This document shows, piece after piece, positions 49,956 through 63,800 of a DNA stretch of 64,000 nucleotides. This DNA comes from Bugula neritina (Eukaryota > Animalia > Bryozoa). Location of the stretch: positions 10,384,633-10,448,632 of the forward strand of contig OZ037769.1 in NCBI GenBank assembly GCA_964035545.1, written 5' to 3'. The translations under genes were made by a program, and so were the position numbers. The notes under the pieces were generated by a model that was given only the letters and a program-made list of their open reading frames with translations, made no database searches and was not told the DNA's origin. Each line of letters opens with the position of its first letter. Position 1 is the stretch's first letter.

Positions 49956-52830
49956 ATAGCATTGCAGAGAGGTAAAAGAGTAAAGAATCTCAACAACAAA
50001 TAATTATACTGCAAGTTGCAAGCTCGGGAAATTTGAAGTATCTGGCTACAAAATTAAATGTCAACTAAGATTAAAATATTTTACACAAAACAACGAAGTT
50101 AGAAATTATTTAATTTTGTTAAAGCTAGACGATATATTCAGGTATAATCAGTGTAAAAAAACTTTAGAGGAGTAAAACACTTCAAACTGCAAAGGGGTTC
50201 TAGAAGGGTAGTTAGCAGACTTGGTTAGCAGACGTAGTTATATGGGAGTGCAAAGTGTGAGCTGGTGATAAATTGAAGTAGTTATCATAGTAGATCACAA
50301 CACATTAGCTGTTGATAAGGTAGCATAATTCTCACATAATTGCTGTTTAGAGCCTTTGATTGCTTCAAATTAACACCACTTCAGCCTACTTCAGCTACAA
50401 AATACAAAGCAGCACTGTACTACGCTGGTTTTACAACCTGATTAGGGTATAACCAGCCAACATCTAATATAGCTGATTCTTCAAGTACAGCACAGTTTAT
50501 TATGTTACATTTTTGCTGTCATATAATATTTAACAGCTTATTACAACTACATGAAAGGTTAGCAATATTTACATTTTCAGCTAATATATTTTTAATTCAA
50601 AACCTTGCACTGTTTTGATTCAAAGGTCTGCATAAATATAAGTTAAATATTGGCATTAAACTTCCATCACTTTACACTATTAAACTACATACGACTTTCA
50701 ATGCCAATTTAAACGTAATTTTTCAAACAAAAAACATAAAACAACATTTGTAAGCAAATAGAAAAAGAAGTTTTAATAAATAGAGGTTTTGCTTGTTCTA
50801 ATTTATGGACAGACATACTAATACCACACATTTCAAACCTAATGGCTCAATATCAAACAAATAGCTTTCTTGCAGGTTACTGTAGTTTACTTTGTTGTAA
50901 TAGTAAAATTTTACCTTCGTGTGAGTATGAAAGCTCCAAAAGAGTTATATTTATGTGTGCTCTTAAAGCATGAGCACCAGCATTTCTTTGTAGCCAACTA
51001 TTATTATTTTAGAGAGTTGTCTTCTTCCGCCACAAACAAGCTCTAAAATAATGTTATAAGAATGTAGCCACAACTCTCAAAATATATAAATATTTGTATC
51101 AGGCTAATAATACTTGATTGTATAAAAATAGAGTAGGCAACTACAAGGACGGCAGCAATACAATGAAGTACTAAAGCTACTTAAAATCCAAACAGTTCCT
51201 CTGACCATATTTTAATCTCAATTTATAATGCAAATAAAAAGGTAATAATGAGATAATAATAAATCATCTTGTTTTATAGAATGTTGGTGGCAGAATAACT
51301 TAGTAAGACACATAATTATGAAACTCTTGAAGCAAATTAGCTGTAGGAGTTGAAGCTTTAAAAATAGTAACGGAATAAAGTAATAATATTTTCAGCTAGA
51401 TGTGAGGATTGATGTGGAAGTAAAACAGCAAGACTGTTCAAAGTCCAACATATTTGGCAATATTTTTGGTTACAAATCTTAGCCCCTAACGTTCAATATA
51501 AATTGTAAGCAAAGTACTGTAACAGGCCAGTTTACTAATAAGTATTTGAGCAAATAGCTTAGCATTGAGCAGTAAAACAAGTAATCGGTATAAGCCATAT
51601 AATTTATCTGCAGTTTAAGTTGACAGTTTGCTGAAAGAAAATTGAACCAAACCCAACAGGACTGACTGGTTGCTTAATAATTTCCCATTTAACTATCGAA
51701 TCATAAAAACAGCTCATGCTTGAACAGTGATTTTTACGGAGTAAAATTATTGAATATTGAACAGATCCTGCACTAAGTGGCAAGTCAAGAGATCTTGAAA
51801 CATCTAAAACTTAGTAACAACATCGCTATAGTCATGACATTCGGTCCAACAAAAAAGTAGACCACTTATACAATTGGGTATGAGAAGTCAGAAATTGGTA
51901 ACAACCAAAGACACAATTATCTGAAAGTTTTAAGATATCAGGAAGCACAACTCTTAATTTAAGACCAACTTCATTACGGGCTTAAGTCAGAATTCCCCAG
52001 CTATAGACTTGGTAAGCGAAGAGCTTGAATTATAGACTTGACGTTGAGCTTCAAACTTTGAAATATATTTAAAAACTTTCTTCAAACTATTTGATTAGAT
52101 GTCCAAAGAAATAATTTCTACAGAAATTATGCTTTTATTTGGGGTGTATTAGTTGGATGGGGAGAAATGGATGACTATATAATTTAGTAGTTATAATTAA
52201 AGTAAACTACTATATTGCCTAATTATTATCATAACCAAGTAATATATAACCAATATTAAGATTTCAGCAACAGCCAACTATGTTGCTGATAGGTTTACTC
52301 TAATGCAAAATTTAGTTTGATCTTAGAGGTCAATGAAGTGATATATAGACTGTAAGTAAACCACTTTTTAGTTGTTTTAAATATTGAATTTTCATGGTGC
52401 AGTTTGCCTCTCACCACTTGAAAAAGATTATAGTATTATGATTATGGAATAGCAGTAAATAATATTACACAAAATAAATTACGTTGCGGTAGTAATGCTT
52501 GCCACATTCTTCCAGCCATCGGCAATACAAGTTGTCAACATAACTTAATAATGCTAAGCCAAAGTAATACAATAATCTAGCAAATAAATAAATTTCTCTA
52601 CTTCACATAATTGTTTATAAATTACACAATATCAGTTATAGCATATTAACTAAACAGATAGGCTAGGAATTTTAGTGGTTAGGAGGAGAAAACAACATGC
52701 TAGTAATAAGGTGTAGACTCTTGACTACTAAACCAACTTCAAATGTTATTTTCTTAGCATTTAAAGAAGTTAAAAATCACAATTACACAGGATTATAGGG
52801 TGGATAGTTTACAATAAAATTTAGTAGTTA

Positions 52831-52933
52831 CAGGACAGTGTCTATCAGCTAGCACCTGCAGGACAGTGTCTATACACCTAGCACCTGCAGGACAGTGTCT
52901 ATCAGCTAGCACCTGCAGAACAGTGGCTATACA
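52831..52933. repeat. 28-29-bp tandem repeat, ~3.5 copies (CAGGACAGTGTCTATCAGCTAGCACCTG)
   Basis: Direct reading. Confidence 0.9.
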
Positions 52934-53649
52934 ACTACCTACCTCCTATGACAGCATCAAAGTCCCTGTGCGCTATCATTATTACTAAACTGGTTGCATG
53001 CCCTGTAATCTTCCATTCAAAGGCATGTTTACTGGTATGAATGGGCAGAAGCAATCTATGGCAAGCATAAAGCTGTCAATTGCAGATGTAAACTAAGTCA
53101 CAGAGTATGGTGAATTCTCCTCTTAGTAATAATGAGTAAATTGAATAGCTGTCAGAAACAGACCTAGCCCAAACGGCTTAACTTCCACATAGCCTCATTC
53201 CTATGACTGAACATTAATGGGTGTAGCTGGGGTAGTCAACAGAAATAACTAATCTATGTTACTTACCTTTAAAGTTGTTGAACAGTGGTAGTGCAGACGA
53301 AATAAAATAGCAGCTCAACAGAATGTATTGATCTGAGAGAGCAACATTACGTCCCCCTCAGATAGTGATGTTATGTTTTCAGCAGTTTGATGCATCAAGT
53401 AAAGCTTTGAGTTGAATATTAAATATGAGCTGCAGTCAGAATTCAGAACCTTATCTTCTGTGAGATAACACGCAGTAAATATTATGAGTTGCATCTAGAA
53501 GGATATAGCATATAGAGTTACAATATAATAGAGCTTAAAGCATGCATCACTTTTGTTCTGCTTAAAGTTGTTTTCTAAATGTGATATGATAAACTAATGC
53601 AGGACACTTTCCTTCAGCTACAGCAAATTCAACACGATAGGCGCTTTAT

Positions 53650-54030
53650 AACAGGTACTCTAAGACGGGTGTTCCATGACAGGTACTTTGTGACAAGTGC
53701 TCTATGACAGGTGCTCTATGGCAGGTACTCTAAGAAAGGTGCTCTATGGCAGGTGCTCTATGGCAGGTGCTCAAAGATAATTACTCTATGATAGGTACTC
53801 TCCGACAGGTGCTCTATGATAGGTTCTCTATGACAAGTACTCTATGATAGGTGCTCTATGTTAGGTACTCTAAGTTAATTACTCTATGACAGGTACCTTA
53901 CAACAGGTGCTCTATGACAAGTGCTCTATGACAGCTACTATATGACAGCTACTATATGACAAGTGCTCTATGGCAGGTGCTATAAGATAATTACTTTATG
54001 AAAGGTATTCTATCATCAGAGTGTTCTATG
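53650..54030. repeat. Degenerate 14-bp minisatellite (CAGGTGCTCTATGA)
   Basis: Direct reading. Confidence 0.9.
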
Positions 54031-54878
54031 GCACTATCATACACTAGAAAAAGAACTTTCATATTGGACTATATCTATAAATATCAACAGAGCATATGGT
54101 GTTCTTACAAATTTCATAAATCAAACTTATTCTGTGCACTATTTCTCAGCCTGTGGTATTCAAGCCTAAGTCAACCCTCTCCTAAATATCACCTTTTCTT
54201 AATCTGCAACTAGGTTTATAATGCATACCAGATCTCACCTCATATCATATCATAGATAGTGAAACTTATCAGTAAATCAACCAATATACACTTGAGGAGT
54301 TTAAATGAAGTTTCACCGGCAGAATGGTGCTGTGTGGTAATGTCGGTGTTGTATGGTAATCACAGGAATAGTGTGAAACACAAAATAAACACACTTAGTG
54401 TTTTTCAAAGGAACGGAACAAAATTTAAGATTTTAATCACCTGGTAAACTTTTTTAAAACTGTGGTTATAGTAGAAGTTATTTCATAGCATGTGTTATAG
54501 TATACCATTGCATCTTTCAACCTGCCATGAAAGGTCTATGTGTGGAAATAGAGATTTCTTCAATGTTATTATATAATTTAACACATTCTGGCATCAAATT
54601 ACAAATTTGAGTTTTGTAGCTTCCACAACATGCATGAAAAAAACTTGGGAAGTGTTAAACTTTCTTATACACACCACACAGCTGTTTGAAAAACTAACAT
54701 TTTATTCAATATAAAATCATGAAGGAAATCATAAAAACTTTCAGTGATAGTGTTTAACTGCTTTGCTTGCCTTGTTCTGTACATTGGTGGAGTATGTCTA
54801 GCCTTATGACTGTATGTTGTTGGCACACGACTCCTTATAAGATACAGTATAGTGGCATAACTTAGATAGCAGCAAGGA

Positions 54879-57800
54879 TCAGTTTTTACTCTTACGGAAT
54901 TTATATTTGGCACTGGCAGTAGAAACAAATCCAACTCCTGACAGCCTCTTGGAGACAAAAGGTAGGCCCTCACCATCAGAAACCTGGAAATATTACATGC
55001 CAAATTCAGAATATACTATACATTTATTAGAATATACTATAAATTTATTAGAATATACTACACATTTATTAGAATATACTATACATTTGCAGAATATACT
55101 ACAATAATTCCCAGAGCTCCCATATTTAAAAAAACATGGTTGTATTTGAGCTACTTTTGATTGCGGACCGTTACGAAAAAACCGCAATGGTCAAAAGTAG
55201 CTGAATAATTAGGAAAAAACATGGGAAATCAAGCAAAATTAAAAAGAACATTGATTATTTAGGTGTATTCATTGATATTTTACTAGTTTTGGGCAAAAAC
55301 TTATATTGATTAGTAGCTAAATTGTAAAAAAATAGATAAAAACTGGAGATTTCCAGTGTGTACTGAATTAAGTAAAATGACCCATATATAAATAATCAGA
55401 GCTAAACCTGTTAACATAAAGATAGAGCCAGTTAAAACCTTAATAAATCTTGCAGTATTTTGGATTGGATAATCTAGAGTTCATCACACTGACAGGGTCT
55501 ATTCAGAGACTAGTAAGTATTGAGTAATTGATAGAGAGGTATAAATAGATGCCTGAATGACACTCAAAACATTATGATATGAAACACAAAAGCATCAAAA
55601 GCAACTAATGTCTAATATCTATACTTATTTCACAATCTGAGTGCACTCTGCAATCAAAGTGGATTGGAAATGCTGTATTGCATTCAATCATAGCAAAACA
55701 AACATGATTAAAAACAAGAGAGAGAGCATAAATAATAAAACTGTTTGAGATTTGCCTCCACTACACTGGACACACTGCAAATTTGGTTACTAGAGCAAAC
55801 AATGGTTTGGCTGCAATTAAAAGCTGGCCAAAGAGAAGACTGAGTTCCTGGACTAAATGCAGCTGGTGATAAGAGTGACAGAGTCTACATACCCAGCCTA
55901 CTTGCTGGAAGAACCACATTTCTGGAGTTATGCTCCCATGAAGTTTGTAGAGCACATTGACTTTAGCAAGGTGTGCGGGTGAAAGAGGAGTAGATATATA
56001 CAGGCATTGCCTGCAGTCATCAACAGCTCTAACCAAGCCATATCCCACGACTGAAAGTGCTGCTGCACCGTCTGCAGTCACAGTCTTGTACGCTGAGCCT
56101 TCCACGTCAACCACCTAACAGAAATAGAGTAACAGTTGTAGAGAGTATTGATACGAGGGGGGGAGGTGGGGTGGGGGTGTGCTATATAAAACAATATCTG
56201 TCACTGCACAATGTCTGATTAGTCAGATTAGAATTGATATTCCTAACTAACAGTTTTACTCTAGAATTGAAACATAGAGATTAGTGACATGGATGGCAAA
56301 ATGGCTCAAGCTGGATGACTTGAAAAGATTTCCTACGACCAAACCCCAATTTCCTTGACACCCAAAACTTTCAAATCAAAACTAATAAGAGATATAAAGC
56401 AATGTCATGGCTATAGAAAAGGTTATAATAGACCACTGTGTCCGACTAAAAGGCAATAGCAGTAGTGTATCACAGTTCTAAGTGTACATTGTGCTCACAC
56501 ATATAATATTTCAATCATTTATGAAACATTTATCTTATTAACAGCTTTATGTATACAAAAATATATGATGCACGCAGTCATTTGATACCAAAATACTTTC
56601 CTCCCATGTTTATGCATGTACACACCTTACCATATCAAGAACAATATACTAGTGGTGAACTTTCACTAGACCTACAATTGCTTTAGGACAGCCACAATGT
56701 AAGACCAGGTGCAGACGTACCACATCTAGAGCAGCCGAGCACAAGACAACCACCTGCATGGTGATAGCATCGGACCACAGGTGAGTAGGTAAAGGTTCGG
56801 CACCAAAACACAGGGCTATGTCGGACATGCTCACACGATACGGTGTTATCTCATTCACTATCCTACTAGTAGGTCGTGATGACGTGAGCATATACGATGT
56901 AGTCATCAAGTCTCTGCATAGTATCGGTCTTAGAACATCAGATTCAAACCTGTCAGTTAATCTTATACAGTGTGGTATACAGATTATATGATACATGATG
57001 TCTAAACAGAGACACTCTTCTGAATGTAAAGCAACTTGTACTCTAAAGTTAAATAAATTATTTAGTATAAAAGACAATTCTCCACTACACAGTTTAGCTG
57101 CTTATACTGTATGTGGTAGACACTCACTTCAACTTTTGGATGTGAGACATAACCAGAGGGATGAGCTCATAGTCCAGGAATTTATGCATCTACAAGAGTA
57201 TAATATTACATACAGGTATAATATTATATACAGGTATAACATTACATACTGGTTTAACATTACATAAAGGTATAATATTATATACAGGCATAATATTATA
57301 TACAGGGAAGTTATACCACAGCAAGTTGTAGAAATACTTGTGGTCACTTAGCAAAGTGAATAAAACTGATGACATACAACTTCTCTGTTAACAATCAACA
57401 GAGAGAAGGGAAAAATATCCCTTGAACCATGAGGCAGTGAACGGACTGAATAAAGCCCACTATAATATCAGAGAGTTGTTCTCAGCAGTTACATCACAAC
57501 ACACATCTTATCTATGAGTCATTGTAGAAAAATGCAGTGCTAAGCTGTAAATGCTTTCCAATCTATTATAAACACTTCCCAATGTAAACATGGATGGCTA
57601 AACTTTTATATCAATATCATGGGAGATTAGAGGGTAGCAGTACAAGAGCTGTAAGCTCATTTTCTAATTTTCTCACACAAATCAAAAGTTGAGTAGATAT
57701 TAAAATTATTATCAATATAAAAAAGTAAAGTTTTAGCAATAAAATATAAAGCAATATTTTTTCTGAAATTGATGGCTCATTTACAAAACTCGCAACATAT

Positions 57801-60800
57801 TATGTCGTTTTTAGATTACTAAACTCCTAGCCTAGTAAAATCCATGATACTACAAACAGCAGTATTCTATACAATAACAGAAAAGATAAGACAACTTACA
57901 GTGCTTGATATTTCACTGGGAATAAACATATCATGTGATGATAAACTTAGCACTGACAGCTCCGAGAAATTGTGATAAGACAATCCCTCGCTGCATAACT
58001 GAATGACATGAGTAGGTCTGACTTCAGCAACAGTAGCTGATAGTAAGTGTAGTCCCAAACCTACGACAGCAGATAACAAGTTACAACACAGTAGCTGATA
58101 GTTAGTGTAGTCCCAAACCTACGACAGCAGATAACAAGTTACAACACAGTAGGTGATAGTTAGTGTAGTCCCAAACCTACGACAGCAGATAACAAGTTAC
58201 AACACAGTAGCGTGTGACAACATGTGATATAGACCAGAAACATTGCCATTGATGTAAATATCATAAAAGAAGGCACCAGAAGCTTCATACTTGCAAGAAA
58301 CCCATGCAGGGTTATAGTCACTTTCTCACTTATTTCTGTGAAAATCCCTGATGAAAAAGGGTTTTGTTAAAGCAGGCTAGGGACTTATTCAGATGGGGCA
58401 CAGGAGCAATTATGACTAAATGCTCTTCCTAACATCACCAATGGCCTCTACTGAGGATCGAACCCATGACTCCGTGTTCACTAAGCCAACGCTCTAACCT
58501 CTAGACCACGGCTACTCCCTAAGCTTAAAGTTGCAATTATACCTTCACGATTTTCAGTCAGAAATTCAATTTTGCCGAGTTGAAATTTTTCCGAGTTGCA
58601 TCGCATTGTAAAAGCCACTCATAAAAATTTTTGTACTGTGATAACTTAATCGGCCGAGTTCAGAATAATAAAAATAAAAAGAGTAAATAACTCCTTGTAA
58701 TTATCGTTATTTAGTTATGACTTTGTCGATTAGATAACGTAGTTATAAGTTAATAATTATATTGCCTATGCCTTCTTAATTATCGCTTTATTGCTGTCAA
58801 CTTTACTAATTCACGATATTTTCAAAGGGTATCAAATAGTGATTGGGCGAGTCAGATTTCAATTTTAGAAAGTAAGCATCAATATGATTTCACCGAGTTT
58901 CAGTTTTGACTATAAAGGGGTACTCGGAAAAGCATTATTAACTGAAACTCGGTACTCTTTTCAGTAAAGGTATAAACACAACTTCATACTTGCATGCTTC
59001 AGTAAAACAAATGTTTAGACATAAAATTGACGCCAAAACAACTGCTGAAAGAAACAGACACGAGACTGAAATGTGCAGTAACTACACTGAAAAGGAAGCA
59101 ATGAAAGAGGCAGGACAAAGAAAATAAGGAGGTTCACCTTGTGTCCATCCCATAGTGTTGACTAGCAGGGGCAGGTGCTTCGTATCTCCACTGCGATACT
59201 GCTGAACTAGCTGACGTACACATCTGAGGTAACCATCCGGGTCAACGTCTGCACTCATGGCTCCGTAAAGTTTGGAGTTATCCACTCTGACTGGCACATT
59301 GTACCACGCAGGGCCTAGAACAATGGCAATTACATTTCTATGAAAATAAAGATTTGAGAACAATTTTTTTAGACCGGTGTGTTTAACTTAGCCTTTCTTA
59401 TGACACATGTTTAGTCCCTTATAAAAGAATATTTGAAAGTTTTATAGTCTAGTGAATTATATGATGTAGCAGCAGTTTGCCAACCACAACTTGAGAAGTA
59501 AAAATTGAATTGAGCATAACAAAATTCAACACATAAGAAATCATTGAGATTTGATGCAGTATAAAAGCAGTGAACATTGCAAAGTATCAAAGTACTGTCA
59601 AAAACAGTATTCTAGCAGTATTAGTGCAGTAGTATAGCAGTATTAGTGCAGTAGTATAGCAATATTGGTGCAGTACTCTAGCAGTATTCAAGGGTATTAT
59701 TAGGTGAGAAGGTGGAGAGTGAATTCACATCCTATACCAGCCCACATATCATCAAAGGTGTACCTAACAGAGGAGATGTTACTGTGTGTAGAGTGAGACA
59801 TCCAGGGGGAGAAAACTCACATTGCCCAGGATCACAGTCTAGATGGGCAACGCCCTTCTTACTTCTAAAAAAAACAAAACTATATTATTGCTAGCTGGTC
59901 GCATATATTATGAAAGAATGACAGCTTGCTAACAAGTATGTTGAGTGTTCAATTTATTTTATGAGAAATCTTAGTTAAAATAAAAAACATAAAATGAAAA
60001 CTATTTCACAGCATAAAAAGATATTCATATTTATAAATGTTTCAAGCAAGTATATATTAGGTGTAACCATAATGGTTTAATTATCATTCTAAAAAGTATT
60101 TACATGATTGATTGAGGAGAGCTGAGAGGGAGAGAGAGGAAGGGAGAGCTGGGAGAACCTGGCCATTACTTACAGTTTGAGTAGTTTATTGATGATGTAT
60201 TTAATAAGAGTAGATTTTCCAGTATTCTTTGCACCACAAACAACGACGCAGAGAGGTTCACCTGCAGTACATACTATTATAGAGTTGTGTTCTCATGCAG
60301 CTGTGTACCCCAGGCATATAAACTCTACATGTATATTTCATAATCACTAGAGATATTCAGAATGTTCATCAAACCAATTCTATCTGAAGTTGCAAAATTG
60401 CCAACATCTTTATTAGACAACAGATTTCTAATAGTATGAAAAAATTCAAGACGGCGGCAGTAATCTCAAACTTGAAAAAAACAGTTTCAATAGCTTGAGA
60501 ATCACAAATAAGATTAGGTTATTTCAAAATAAGCTTATTTAGAGAAATTAAAGTGAAATGTTGTCAAATTACAGGCTTCAGATGTGTGTTCATCTAAAAA
60601 TTTCTAAAACAATGTTGGTCTGATGCAACTCAACCACCCAGAATCAGTGATACTATTCTTTACCGTGCTGGTTTGTCGATGTGTGCTAACAACAAACAAG
60701 GAATGTGAGGAACATTACATTGCCTAGTATATAGGATTATTCATTATTTTTATTTCATAAGATAATTATTTTTTGATAGAAATAATCACTCAATTAATAA

Positions 60801-63800
60801 AATACGTACCTGCAGAATGCCTATCAACCAGGTGGTCTAGAGCACTGTGAACTGTAGGGCTGTATCTAGCCTCAGTACCATGCTCAGAGATGTATGAGGA
60901 TTCACTGAGACTGATGAATCCGTCCCCCACCTAAAATCAACAGAAAATAAACAAAAAATAAATAATCATTTTCATGTTTTAACAAAAAGTTTTCGCACAA
61001 TAAGCTATATTCAACTTGATGTTTTAAAATTTTTAATAACCAAATATTCATTGACCAATAGTTCTAAATAGCAAAGGAACTCGCTACACAAACACTATTA
61101 GAAAAAAGTCTTCGAGCAGCAAGTGCAGGGGGAATAATATTCACTTGATTGTAGATTTAACTCTATAAACACACAGTAGAAGATTCAGACCTCTAGACCT
61201 AAATTCATTTTATACCCTACCATTCCTTTAGTCACATCCCAACGAAACTTTTATGGTTCAGGACTAGCAACTATTCAGAGTAGTAAGTCAAATGTGATAC
61301 ACAAGAAATTCCTAGTGAACCTCATGTTTCCAAATATGTGAGCCAAGCTTCAGCTGGTATGTAGTCATTCAAGATGAAGAAAGTGAACGGAAAAATTATG
61401 TAGCTTAAAACAAAACTTGTGGTTTTACAATGCTTCAGTTTCTTTAAGATTTATGCCTTGGGAGTTGTGTTCCGTTGAAAACCAGCCATAAGTTGGGGAG
61501 GGAGGGAAAATAACGAACACACAGACTGAGCACTTAAATAGATGACTGACAGGGTAGACCGTTCGAAGAAAGCTGAACTGAACACTCAAGTGAAGAAAAA
61601 AAAGCAAATTTGTAATTCGAATATAAAGTCAAGTTTAGGAAGCTGGGAATCCAATGTTTTCCTGTTAGCCAATTTGATGTGTAAATTAAAAATAATATAA
61701 GTTGGCAGTGAGCAAAACTAGCTGAGAAACTGTGTTGTTACATATCCTGACACAAATGTTTACCTTGACATTAGGTAAGAGTTGCATGATGGGCCCCAGT
61801 CTAGGGTTCTCTACTTCCTGTAGATGTATCAGAGCACTCTCTGGGTGTTGTAGTAAATACTGCTTCACCTCATCGTATATGGTTGGAAGTGATTCACTGT
61901 GGCAGTCCACAGCTCTCTGAATATCTTCTAGAGCGGGGATTTCTGCAGAATATCAGAGTCAAACTATATTTTGGTGATGGAAGCGGGATATTGGGTTTGA
62001 CAAATATCACAAAATTACAAGTTGTGTTGCATCAGTATACTACTGAAAATATTTTATGAGCGCAGCTTAATAATACAAATTAGAGACTTTATTGCTAAAA
62101 TGATATTTTTCAAATATAAACAGATTAACCACCAACAAAACTTTTGTCTATGTTCTATCATTCTCATGCCATACTACTAATAGTTCAAACAAACTACTAT
62201 AACATTCCCTTCTACACCCGGAATATCGCCTGCCAGTTTATATTACAAACAGCACTATACATACCAGCGGGCATCTCAGATGTAGAGGAAACCTCTAATA
62301 CACCATTATGGTATCCGGGAGGGGAGATAACTTCCACTGATTCAGCAGAACTTAAGCTATACCCATGCACTTGTAAACGTCCTACAAATCCAACAACTGC
62401 CAATGTCATCACACATTAAATTACCAACATACAGTAAAAACATCAAATTGAACCAAATATAGTTACTTCAGACAAGGCAATTTTCAACTGTATCCTATGG
62501 AAGGCATATTATATAATGTCACTGGATTAGCATATGTTTGAGCCTAGGGTTCATCGGTCTACCTAATACGGAGTATACTGTATAGTATAAAGTATAGTAT
62601 TTAGTATAATATAGAATATAGTACAGAGTATAGTACAGAGTATAATACAGAGTATAGTACAGAGTATAGTACAGAGTATAATACAGAGTATAGTACAGAG
62701 TATAGTACAGAGTATAGTACAGAGTATAGTACAGAGTATAGTACGGAGTATAGTACGGAGTATAGTACGGAGTATAGTACAGAGTATAGTACAGAGTATT
62801 GTACAGAGTATTGTACAGAGTATAGTACGGAGTATAGTACAGAGTATAGTACAGAGTATAGTACGGAGTATAATATAGAGTATAATACAGAGTATAGTAC
62901 AGAGTATAGTACAGAGTATAATACACAGTATAGTACGGAGTATAGTACAGAGTATAATACAGAGTATAGTACAGAGTATAGTACACAGTATAGTACACAG
63001 TATAGTACAGAGTATAGTACAGAGTATAGTACAGAGTATAGTACAGAGTATAGTATAGAGTATAGTACAGAGTATAGTACAGAGTAGGATAGTGACACTC
63101 CTTGAACTCAGCATTGAGAATATAAACTTGGTATAGCGCAAAATCTTTCTTTCATTATTGCCAGATAAGTAAAATGTACAGGCAGCTGTAGCCCTCACCG
63201 CCAGAACACAAATTGGTCTTCCATTTGCAAGATGATGTTTCCAAAGTCAAAAGCTATTGGCAAGCATCACTTCCACATTTTATATAACCACCATTTTTCT
63301 TAATATCAGTTGAGAGAAACAAAAGCCATGAATCACAATTATTAGCAAAACTTAACAATAAACAACCATTAAATGCTAGTGACCAACCTTCTACAGATAG
63401 AGATGTCAACTTAACAATGCCGCGAATCTCCACACGATGATAGAAAGCGACCAACCAGGAGTTACTTTCAAGGGGCCACGACTTCAAAGAATGAGACAGC
63501 TGCATATGTGGCACGATATGTCCCGAGTGTTGCCTTTTATTATATTTGGTCGATGCTTGATTTGCCAACTCCTTCAGTGTCTTTTGAATATCCGTGCGAG
63601 GTGGTGCAGCAGTTACTGGAGTTGTCTGCTCCCCTACTTCTGCAAGTTTAGATGTCGCTACCAAGGGTGCTTCTGAAGTGCTATTGCATGTCTCCTTTTG
63701 ACCATCTGATTGCAACGGTTCAGATTTTCTTTTTACTTTTTTCCTTGAGCGGCACGCAGGGCTTAATATATCAAGGGAGAAAAGTTTTTCGGGAGAGCTG

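Noticed and set aside
57378-57459. Extra NOL9 exon
   Set aside because: Its splice phases are incompatible with the neighbouring exons; 57128-57189 joins them correctly.
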